In this document: piece after piece, positions 11,801-22,349 of the stretch | Layout of the letters: each line of letters begins with the position of its first letter | How positions within the stretch are numbered: position 1 is the first letter of the stretch | DNA from: Anthoceros angustus | Lineage: Eukaryota; Plantae; Anthocerotophyta | Length of the DNA stretch: 64,000 bases | NCBI GenBank assembly: GCA_010909165.1 | Contig: MU008172.1 | Span: forward strand, 1,302,001 to 1,366,000 | Reading direction: 5' to 3' | The notes under the pieces: model-generated | Database searches by the model: none | Told to the model about the DNA's origin: nothing | The model's input: the letters and a program-made list of their open reading frames with translations, nothing else | Program-made: the position numbers and the translations under genes

Positions 11801-12141
11801 AGAGAAAAGGGCGCAGCAGAAGAGCGCAAGAGGTTCGGAGATTGGGGAAAGACAACAGGAGCAGAAGGATGTGCCTCGAGATATGTCAACTGCTATCTGC
11901 GAAAATCCGTCGGGATCGGTAAGCTTTATGCTTTTATTAATCAGTTTTACTAGATTGAAAATTAATGGTTGTGTTGTTTTAGGTTGTGACCTTGCAGGAA
12001 GATGGTCAATTTCGCCCAAGTCCTCAGCTTCATCAATTGGTTGCCAATTATGATAATGCTGTACAAGTACCAATCAAGCCAAGTGGTCGTGAAAATTACA
12101 TTTTCAATCTGTATAATTGTACAGTAAATTTCCCAAAATAA
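8846..12141 (+). CDS. Intron-containing Crypton-type / DUF3504-like tyrosine recombinase; frameshifts and one in-frame stop in this sequence
   Basis: Spliced translation gives FFHQVRIKD (core-binding), CAYFCMTRFGVRGGEELHNL (R at 10104), YEERFKNY (K), AWYAKLRVSKGMLSRFMKTM, AGLVGYYTNKSCRVTMITRL (R at 10626), VTGHKTDAGFSR|YDRS (H at 10695, Y at 10794) and C-terminal FNLYNCTVNFPK* (stop 12139-12141). Introns include donors at 9644, 9984, 10185, 10454, 10721. The order and spacing match the R-K-HxxR-H-Y YR catalytic set. ATG at 8846 is inferred. Confidence 0.85.
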
Positions 12142-13088
12142 GGTGAGTATCAATGTTTTTATTTTTAGTGTTTACTAGTAGCAGCGTAATTGAGGTTTGG
12201 GTGCTAATTTTGGTTTTGTTTGTAGGTTTCTTGTTGAAGCGAGTTCACTATATCGGTATTTACTCTTCATTAGTTGAATTCAGATTTCATGCACGGATAT
12301 ACAGGAAACTCGCAAAGAAAAGGTTCTTTGTTGGTTTTTTGTATATCCTGGATCCGCATGAATATTATTTAACAGAAAATGTTTTTGTCAGATTAGCGAT
12401 TTTGGTGGGATTTCTAGAATGAGCTTACTAGACGCACCTGGTTTTCACTTGGTCGTCATGTTTTCTACTCTAGTGCTCTGTTTTCCACCTTGATGGTAGA
12501 TCATATTCACCCCACTTGGCATGTTTTCTACTATATTGTAATGAATTTTACTATACTGTGTAAAATAATGGCCAAAAGGTCGATTCTCTCTTAAAATTCA
12601 CCTGCACTACCCCGAAAAAAAACCAACGGTAGCGTGAGGCCCCTGCACGAGGCAGCGACTTCCACGATTTTACGTGGTGCCGACCAGAGTGAACGGGTGG
12701 AAGGTTAAGAAGTACCTTCAACCCAAGGTACCTGTTGTTTGCGAGGACGCAAACAGGTGAGGAGGGGAGTATGTGGAACGCAAAAGTTTGGGCAACCAGC
12801 CCAAACGAGCCGGAGGGAGAACGAACTTGATTTTTTTTTGGCTAGGAACGATTGAAAAGAAGCATGCCAGGAAATTTCTGAAAGTCTTGGAGCTAGAGCT
12901 GTAAAATATTGTTAGGAAGACGAAGAGGATATCCCATGAAGAAGAACGTCAAAACCCCCATTTGCGCGCGGGGAGGGCAGTCCGAAGGTTGGTAGGTCGG
13001 CGACTATCACCGAGGGTCGCCACACACGCCCGTAGGTCAGAAAGAAGGACCATGTAAGTGGCAGACTACCATAGAGACGAACCTCGCA

Positions 13089-16000
13089 AAAAGGAAATTA
13101 GGATAAGGGGGATATCCACTATGCTCACCAATAGGGAGATAATAGGATTAATTAGAAGGTAATTAATTTGAGGTCATGGATAGGAAAATAGGTAATTGGC
13201 GTGCTTGGTAATTTAGGATGTTGAACCGGATCTAGGGTTGGGAACTCCGTGGCGCAATCCAAGAGGGCAAAGTGCAATTTGGCGCCAACTTCCTTCGAAT
13301 CGAGCCAACTTACTCGATCGAGCCGAGCGTAACCACAAGGAGAAGGAAAAGGAGGGAGAAGTGTAGACTGCCATCGCCATCGCTGTCGCCGCCATCTACG
13401 CCCAAGAGGAAGACGGTCCGCGAGCTGAAGAAGGGAAGGAAGCCCAATCATGGCGGAGCGAGGAACATCCGACAAAGACCGAGGAAGCTGCTCGGCGAAG
13501 TGAGAAGCACGCCAAGCACTGGAGAGAAGAGCCGACGGAGGGCCCCCAGAGCAATCAAGTGAAGGCCGGAAGGTCAAAGAAAGGAGCTCCACACGCTTCA
13601 CCGCCCGCGCCTTGCGGAGGAGAAATCGCGAAGGGGAAATTGGCGCCGTGGTTCGCACTGTGGCTAACGTTTGTGCCTGTGTTGGGTGTTGCTCCTAGTG
13701 ACAAGGAAGGTTGGTAGGTCGGGACTATCGCCGTGAGGTACGCCACACCACGCCCGATGGTGGGAAATGAAGCGACTTCGTGGTAAGCTTGGCGAGACTA
13801 CCACGATAGTGTGTCAGCGTAAAAGGAAATTAGGATAAGGGGGATATCCACTATATATGCTCACCAATGGGGAGGCGACCAATAGATTAATTAGAAGGTA
13901 ATTAATTTGAGGGCTGCGGATAGAGAAAGTAGGTAATTGGCGGGGCTTGGTAATTTAGGATGTTGAACCGGATCTAGGGTTGGGAACTCCGTGGCGCAAT
14001 CCAAGAGGGCAAAGTGCAATTTGGCGCCAACTTCCTTCGAATCGAGCCAACTTACTCGATCGAGCCGAGCGTAACCACAAGGAGAAGGAAAAGGAGGAGA
14101 AGTGTAGATCGCCATCCATCGCCGCCGCCATCTACGCCCAAGAGGAAGACGGTCCGCGATCAAGAAGGGGAAGGAAGCCCAATCATGGCGGAGAGGAAGA
14201 CATCCGACAAAGACCGAGGAAGCTGCTCGGCGAAGTGAGAAGCACGCCAAGCACTGGAGAGAAGAGCCGACGGAGGGCCCCCAGAGCAATCAAGTGAAGG
14301 CCGGAAGGTCAAAGAAAGGAGCTCCACACGCTTCACCGCCCGCGCCTTGCGGAGGAGAAATCGCGAAGGGGAAATTGGCGCCGTGGTTCGCACTGTGGCT
14401 AACGTTTGTGCCTGTGTTGGGTGTTGCTCCTAGTGACAAGGAAGGTTGGTAGGTCGGCACTATCACCGTAGGTCGCCACACTACGGTAGGTCGAAAGAGC
14501 GACTACCGTGGTGTTGGCGTCATCAATGGCAGACGACAACTCTCAAAAAGGAAATTAGGATAAGGGGGATATCCACTATATATGCTCACCAATAGGGAAT
14601 AAATTAATTAGAAGGTAATTAATTAGGAGCGGGCGGATAGAAAATAGGTAGTTTAGATGCTTAGGTAATTTAGGATGTTGAACCGGATCTAGGGTTGGGA
14701 ACTCTCCAGTGGCGCAATCCAAGAGGGCAAAGTGCTTTGGGCGCAACTTCCTTCGAAGAGCAACTTCGCGACCGAGCCGAGCGTAACCACAAGGAGAAGG
14801 AAAAGGAGGAGAAGTGTAGACCGCCATCGCATCACGCCGCCGCCATCTACGCCCAAGAGGAAGACGGCCGCGCGAAGGGGAAGGAGTAGCGAGCGGAGCA
14901 AGAGAGGAAGACATCCGACAAGGGTGCCGTGCGCGAAGTGAGAAGCACGCCGCCAAGGAGAGCCGGAAAGCGAGGAGGGCCCCAGAGCAAAGGCTGAAGG
15001 CCGGAAGGTCGGGGAGCGGAGCTCCACACCGACCGCCTCCGGAGGAGAAATCGCGAAGGGGAAATTGGGCCGGGTTCGACTGGCTAACGTGATTGTGCCT
15101 CAGTTGGGTGTTGCTCCTAGTGACAAGGAAGGAGTGCTTGGGAGTGAAGCTTTGGAGCACAACGCTTGAATTGGAAAGTAATTTGGAAGTAAGGAAGGTG
15201 CCATGCCGCCGCCTGAAAGGCAAGGGAAGGAGCCGCCAAGGGTTCCTCAGGAGGAAGGAGAAGAAGGCGGCAGCAGAGGCCGCCGGGGAAATGAAGCGAC
15301 TTCGTGGTAAGCTTGGCGAGACTACCACGATAGTGTGTCAGCGTAAAAGGAAATTAGGATAAGGGGGATATCCACTATATATGCTCACCAATGGGGAGGC
15401 GACCAATAGATTAATTAGAAGGTAATTAATTTGAGGGCTGCGGATAGAGAAAGTAGGTAATTGGCGGGGCTTGGTAATTTAGGATGTTGAACCGGATCTA
15501 GGGTTGGGAACTCTCCAGTGGCGCAATCCAAGAGGCAAAGTGCAATTTGGGCGCCAACTTCCTTCGAATAACTTCACTTCGATGGGCTGGGCGTAACCAC
15601 AAGGAGAAGGAAAAGGAGGAGAAGTGACCCATTGCCATAGCCGCCATCTACGCCCAAGAGGAAGGCAGTCCATGATCCCAGAAGGGGAAGGAGGTGGCCA
15701 AGGCATGGCGGGAGCGAGAGGCATCAGCCGGACAAGCGATGCGAAGTCTTCTCCTCAGCGCAACTGTGAGAAGCACGCCATGCCTGGAGGCTGGGCGAGT
15801 CAGAGCCACGGAGGGCCCAGTGCTCAAGGCATGAAGGCTGGAAGGTCGAAAAAGCGGAAAGGAGCTCCACGGCATTTCACCGTAGGCGCCTTGCCACAGA
15901 GGAGAAATCGCGAAGGAAAGTTAGCGGCGGAGAGTTCGAGACCAGGCTAGCAGTACTTGTGCCTCGGGTTGGGTGTTGCTCCTAGTGACAAGGAAGCGCT

Positions 16001-16150
16001 TGGGAGTGAAGCTTTGGAGCACACAACGCTTGAATTGGAAAGTAATTCTCTTTGGAAGTAAGGAAGGTGTCACGCCTAGGAAGCAAGGGAAGAGCCGCAC
16101 CTTAGGGTTCTTCCTGAGGAGGCAGGAGAAGAAAGTGAAATGCACGCCTT
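13089..16150. repeat. Four tandem copies of a ~730-800 bp unit
   Basis: aaaaggaaattaggataagggggatatccact recurs at ~13089, ~13822, ~14546 and ~15345 with colinear downstream sequence. Confidence 0.9.
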
Positions 16151-19100
16151 GAGGAAATGAGCTTGTAATGCCCCAATTTACGTGTTTTCTGAGGGCAGCT
16201 CAACCCCGTGATTTAGTGGATTTCCGCAATGGGCGTAAGAGGATAATATCCAGTTGGGATGGGTGTATGGCCAATGGGCCTACACCAATTTGGAGTCGAT
16301 TGAGGGCTTCATCAATCTCCATCAATCGTAGGCAGCCCTTGCAGTCGAAAGGAATGCTCGAACGGATCCTCCATTGTTGGACCGTAAGGAGCATTCGGCG
16401 TGTACGGGAGGAGGAAAGCTCGAATTGCTCTCTCGAAAGGTCGAATGGAGGAAGAGGACGCCCTCTCCGATTCCGCAAGAGCCTCGACATGATGGAGGAG
16501 GAAGGCCCATGCCAAGAATGGCTGGAAAAGAGCATCAAGGAGTCAAGTGGAGGCTCTTCAAGATTGTGTTGGGGTAAATTACCAGGACGCCTATTTCAAA
16601 GACCAACTTCGCAATTTTGTGGAAGATTTCGAGAGGAGCCAAGCCGATTGGGGCACCATCATGTATGAGGCCTACATCCACCAGAGAAGCTCCTCAAGCC
16701 AAATTGTGGATGAGGAAGGCCAAGGCTCTACCTTAGCACCTATTTGGTGCATTTGTGGGAAACAAGGGCTTCTCACAAGCAAGGAGTTGGAAGATGCTTG
16801 GCATCCTTGAGATAATCCATCTCCAGCTTGGAAAGGCCTTTGCCTTTGCATTGAGGAAGACAAGGGGAGGTCGACTCCACAAGCATGCTAGGAGCAAGGG
16901 AGGAGGAGGCAACAAGGTTGCCGAGTGGGAATCTTTTCCCCACAAGAGCAAGAGGAGAGGAAGAACCGCCGAGGAAGGCCGAATGGTAGTCTATGAGAGG
17001 AGGACTACCACAGAGGGGTGATGCCCCAAGGGTGGGGAGTCCCCACCATCTCATCTTTGGGAGAGGCACCCCACACCTCACCCAGGGGAGGCACCACCCA
17101 AGGTGCGATCAGGAGCGCCCACCATGGTAGGTAGGCGTACTCACCAGGGGAGCACCACCGCTGTAGGCACCCACGCCAGAGGTGGCCCAGGAAAGGGGAA
17201 GGGGCGCATGAGAGCCGCGGGCGGCGCCGAGGCCACCATCTCCGCTGGAGGAAGAGCGGATGGAGCGACGGTGAGGGACTCCACCGCTGATGGCCGAGGC
17301 AAGAGAGCTGAGATTTCCAGCAAGAAGAAAGTGGAATTGGGCCCCTAGGAGAATTGGCCGAGTGCTTGTGAAGCACTCACCGTGTGGATTTGAAGGGGCT
17401 AGGAGCCAGCCTCCTTGTGGGCCAAGAGGAAGTGAAAGCCCAAGACATGGCCGGAGGAAGGCAGGACCAAGTGGCAATTGAGGCCATGGAGTCCGGGCAG
17501 CCAAATTGGAGAAGGTCAGAGAAGCTCCAACACCTCATGGAGAGCCGAGAAGGTCCTAGAGGGAAGGTTGTCACATCAAGAAAGAGCTATTCGGGCAACA
17601 ACCCAAAGGGACATGGAGGTATATGAGGAGCATTTTGCCCAATTAGAGCAAGAGCGAGGGCAAACGAGGTTAGGAAGGAGAAGCTCCCAAGGACGAAGAG
17701 TGTGTGATGGCTACCCAAGCCATCAAGATCCGGACATGGAAAGGAATCCGGACCTCAATTTGGAAGAGAAGCGCTGAGGCTCAAGACCAAGACTGCAAGA
17801 GTTGGAGCGCGAAAAGAGTGCTTGGCAAGAGAGAGACCAAGATGGCCGAATTGGAACAAAGGAGGTTCCAAGAGGAGGAGCACCACAAGAAGGTGGTACA
17901 CAGGATGCTGGTGGTGAGAAAGCGATTTTGGGCGGACTATGCCCTTCAAAATGGCCAACCAAAGGAAGTGAGGGAGGAGAATGTGACCTCCATGTCAAGG
18001 TGGGGAATTGACCACCCAAGGGACGCCTACAAGGTAGGTGAAGATGGAGAGTGGCCCACTGAGATTGATGATCTCCAAATGCAATATCATAGCTTGGGGC
18101 TCACCTCCACAATAGATTTTGAAGGCCAACAATGAGATTCGCTTGGCCAAGAGGAGGACATTGGGTCCTCATGATGATGACAAAAGGAGTCAGAAGTGTG
18201 CAGAGGCCTCCGATTTTGATGAGGCCATCAAAATGGACTCCGAGGAACTGAGGAGTCGAGATGGGGAGCGCAGAGCGCCAAGGGTGGAAGATGGCGCGAG
18301 AGCAAGGAGGGGGAGCCCACCTCCGGGGTCAACCTACCACGAGGGGTGACCACGTAGTCCGCCAGCACCGTGGTGTGCCACCACGCCTAGTCCGCTGCTA
18401 CCGAGGGCGTGCGGGCGCAGAGCTGGGAGTCGCCGCCAAGGCCCCGGCCGAGGATGAAGGAGCCGGGGGTCCGAGTATACCCCTGAGGAGCAACTGAGGT
18501 GGTGGGGAGACAACCCCACCTGAGGAGACTAAAGACGGGTCCGACCACGAGGAAGGGAGGGGAAGTTCTCCCCACGAAGGGGAAGGCTGTGAGAGAGTCC
18601 AATGCAAAAGGGCCCGGAGTTAGACAGACAAATTGAGGGAGGAAGAACCTTTGAGATGCCCATGATAGGTATGGACAACCAACAAGAGGAAAGGAGCAAG
18701 ATTCCAACCCAAGAGGCCAGATGGAGAAAGAAGGAAAGGGCCGACTACCATGGTAACCACCCCTAGTCCGCCGCATCAGCGGTAGGGTGCGATGACGAGC
18801 GACCAGCAGAGGCTGGAGAAAAGGCGCGGGCGGGAGGGCGCGATTGCCGGGGGACTGAGAACTGGCGCCGCCTGGAGATGGAGGAAGGGGCAGATTGTAC
18901 TTGCCCCACACATTAGGAAGATGACAAGATCGGGAAGGAAGAGCAAAAGGAGGGCGAGGGAGCCAATCCACAAGGAGAAGGAAAGGAGGGAGAAGTGTAG
19001 ATCGCCATCGCCGCCGCCATCTACGCCCAAGAGGAAGACGGGCCAAGAAGAAGGAAGGAGCCCCAAAGCAGGCGTGGAGCGCGAGGAAGACATCCGAGCA

Positions 19101-22100
19101 TGAGAAGTCTTCTGTGAATGAGAAGCACGCCACAATGAGAGTGGAAGCAGCACGACGGAGGGCCTCGCCGAGCAAAGGCGGAAGGGGAAGCTGAAAGGAG
19201 CTCCACACCAGACGGCGCCTTGCCCGGGAGGAGAAATCGCAAGGGAAATTGGCGCCAAGGTTCACCGGCTAACGCGACTTGTGCGTTGTGTTGCTCCCAG
19301 TGACAAGGAAGGAGTGCTTGGGAGTGAAGCTTTGGTCCAACGCTAATTGAGTAATTCTCGCTAAGTAAGGAAGGTGCCATGCCTGGAAGAGCAAGGGAAG
19401 GAGCCGCCAAGGGTTCTTCCTCGCGAGGAGGCAGGAGAAGAAGGCGGCAGCAGGGGCGCCCGCCAGGGGAAATGAGCTTGTAATGCCCCAATTCACGTGT
19501 TTTGCGGCGTACCAACCCCGGATTTAGTGATTTCGCAATGGGCGAGGAGGATAATATCCTGATGGGTGTATGCAATGGCCTACACCAATTTGGAGTTGAT
19601 TGAGGAGTGTTCATCAATCTCCATCAATCGAGGCAGCCTTGCCGTACCGGAAAAGGAATGCTCGAACGGATCCTCTGACCGTAAGAAGCATTCGACAGTG
19701 TATGGAGACCGGAGGAGCTCGAATTGCTTCCTCGAAAGGTCGAATGGAGGAAGAGGACGGCCCTCCGACATTCCGCAAGAGCTCGACATGATGGACGAGA
19801 GTGAAGGCCCATGCCAAGAATGGCTGGAAAAGAAGCATCAAAGAGAGTGGAGGCTCTTTGCAAGATTGTGTTGGGGTTGGTAAATTACGAGGACATTTAT
19901 TTAAGACCAACTTCCTCCAATTTTGTGGAAGATTTCGAGAGGAGCCAAGCCGATTGGCACCATCATGTATGAGGCCTACATCCACCACCGGAAAAGCTCC
20001 TCAAGCCAAATTCGTGGATGAGGAAGGCCAAGGCCTCGCTACCTTAGCACCTATTTGGTGCATTTGTGGAAACGGAAGGGCTTCTCACAAGCAAGAGTTG
20101 GAAGATGCTTGGCATCCTTTGAGATAATTCATCTCCAGCCAGCTTGGAAAGGCCTTGCCTTTGCCTTGAGAAGATGGGAGGTCGACTCCACACATGCTAG
20201 AGCAAGGGAGGAGGATGGAGGCAACAAGTTGTGAGTGGGAATCTTTTCCCACCGAGCAAGAAAAAGAGGAGAGGAACAAGAACCGCCGAGGCCGAATGGG
20301 TCATGAGAGGAGGACTACCAGGAGGGGTGATAGCCCCAAGGGTGGGGAGTCCCCACCATCCCTTTGTGCCTAGCAGGAGGCACCGCCACTACCCCAGGGA
20401 GGCACCACCCAAGTGGGCGGCATCAGTGAGACCACCACGTAGGGTGCACTACCGCCAGGAGCACCTCACCGCCAGTAGGCGCACCCCACGCCAGGTGCAC
20501 ACGGTAGGAAGGGGAAGGAGAAGCCGGAGCTGCCGCGGCGCCTAAGCCACCACCACCCGCTGGAGGAGAGCGGATGGAGCGACGGTGAGGGACCACGCCG
20601 ATGGTCCGCTGAGGCAAGAGAGCTGAGATTTCAAAGAAGAGGGAATTTGGGCCCTAGGAGAATTTGCCGAGTGCTTGTGAAGCACTCACTGCAGGTGGAT
20701 TAAAGGGCTAGGAGCTAGCAGCTTCCTTGTGGGCATGCCAAGAGGAAGTGAAATCCCAAGACATGGCCGGGAGGAAGGCAGGGACTAAGTGGCAGCTAGA
20801 AGCCATGGAGTCCGACGAGAAGGCAGCCAAATTGGAGAAGGCTGTAGAGAAGCTCCGCGACCTCATGGATGAGCGGCGCGCGGGAAAAGTCCTAGAGGGG
20901 AAGATGTCACAAACCGAAGAAAGAGCTATTCGGGCAACAACCCAAAGGGACTCTTGGAGGCAAAAGGCGGAGGAGCATTTTGCCCAATTGGAGCAAGAAA
21001 GGAGGAAGGCACGAGGCATTAGAAGGGAGAAGGTATCGCCAAGTGACGCCAAGAAGAGCGGTGTGATGGCTACCCAAGCCATCAAAATCCGGACATGAAG
21101 GAAGCGGACCCAGACAACTGGAAGAGAGCGCTGAGCCGGGAGGCTCAAGACCAAGAACAAGAGAGTTGGAGCGCGAAAAAGATGCTTGGCGAGGAGAGGG
21201 CTTGCCAAGAGGACTGGAACAAAGGAGGTTCCAGAGGAGGAGCACCACAAGAAGGTGGTACAATGCCGGGTAGTAAGGAAACGAAGATTTTGGCATTATG
21301 CCCTGTGCAAAGATGGCCAACCAAATAAAAGAAGTGAGGGAGGAGAATGTGACCTCCATGTCAAGGTGGGGAATTGACCACCTCAAGGGATGCCTACAAA
21401 GGGGAAGATGGAGAGTGGCCCACGAGATTGATGATCTCCAAATGCAATATCATAGCTTGGGGCTCACCTCCACAATAGATTTTGAAGGCCAACAATGAGA
21501 TCTGGCTTGGCCAAGAGGAGGACATTGGGTCCTCATGATGATGATGAAGGAGCCGCAAGCAGCCTGAGGCCTCGATTTTGATGAGGCCATCAAAAATGGA
21601 CTCCGAGGAACTGAGGAGTCGAGATGGGAGCTCAGAGCCCAAGGGTGGGAAGATGGCGCGAGAGCAAGGAGGGGAGCACCTCCGGGGTCAACCTACTTGG
21701 GGTGACCACCACTACAGTCCGCGCTACCGCAGACAAATTACCACGCCCTAGTCCGCTGATCACCGGAGTAGGGCTGTGCGGGCCAGAGCTCGAGGGGAGC
21801 AAGGCCCGGGCCGAGGATGAAGGAGCCGGGGTCCGAGTATACCCCTGAGGAGCAGAGGTGGTGAGGAGACAACCCACCGAGGAGACTAAGACGGGGTCCG
21901 ACCGAGGAAGGGGAGGGTGAGAAGTTCCCGCCCACGATAAGGGAAGAGCTGTGGCCGGGAGGAGTCCAATGCAAAAAGGCCCAGAAGTTAGACATCACAA
22001 CAATTGAGGGAGGAAGAACCTTTGAGAACGCCCATGATAGGTATGGACAAATTAAACAAGAGGAAAGGAGCAAGATTCACCCAAGAGGCAACAGATGGAG

Positions 22101-22349
22101 AAAGAAGGAAAAGGTCGACTACCATGAAAGTCACCACCCTTAGTCCGCGACTACCGCGTAGGGTGCCGATGACGGGCCACCAGCGAGACGGAGAAAAGGC
22201 GCCAGCGCGGAGGGGGGCGCGACCGATGAAGAGGAATCAGGGCGCCTGAGATGGAGGAAGGGGCAATTGTACTTGCCCCACACATCTAGGAAGGCGACAA
22301 GATCCGGGAAGGGACAGAGCAAAAGGAGGGCGAGGAGCCAATCCACAAG
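15597..22349. repeat. Tandem duplication of ~3.37 kb
   Basis: ccacaag anchors at 15597, 18968 and 22343; aaatgagcttgtaatgcccca at ~16156 and ~19470; colinear ORF fragments in both copies. Confidence 0.9.
16150..18950 (+). pseudogene. Frameshifted accessory ORF of the gypsy element (unknown N-terminal domain, Pro-rich linker, coiled coil); second copy at ~19470-22340
   Basis: Fragments GVNYQDAYFKDQLRNFVEDFER and AMESDEKAAKLEKAVEKLRDLMDERRAGKVLEGKMSQTEERAIRATTQRDSWRQKAEEHFAQLEQERRK are conserved between copies. No gag, PR or RT motifs seen. Confidence 0.5.

Larger units (their letters stand above)
1686..12660. mobile_element. Candidate Crypton-like tyrosine-recombinase DNA element (~11 kb, three genes) inserted into a gypsy integrase
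   Basis: Integrase stops at ...YENGS (~1680) and resumes as PTRVNGWKVKKY (~12685). An uninterrupted homologue at 39008-39120 reads W.EP..V..VY.TGSVQL..LDG..LPT.VNGWKVK. The block between contains a YR gene. Exact ends are unresolved. Confidence 0.7.

Noticed and set aside
8846-12141. YR as part of a DIRS retrotransposon or a bacterial/phage integrase
   Set aside because: No RT or RNase H inside the block, spliceosomal introns present, and motifs are of the DUF3504/Crypton type.
12605-12625. CACTA-like terminus cactaccccgaaaaaaaa
   Set aside because: No matching inverted end found, and gypsy integrase follows within ~60 bp.
12760-12960. Chromodomain after the first integrase (GEYVERKSL)
   Set aside because: No downstream YLVKW or TWE motifs in any frame I checked.
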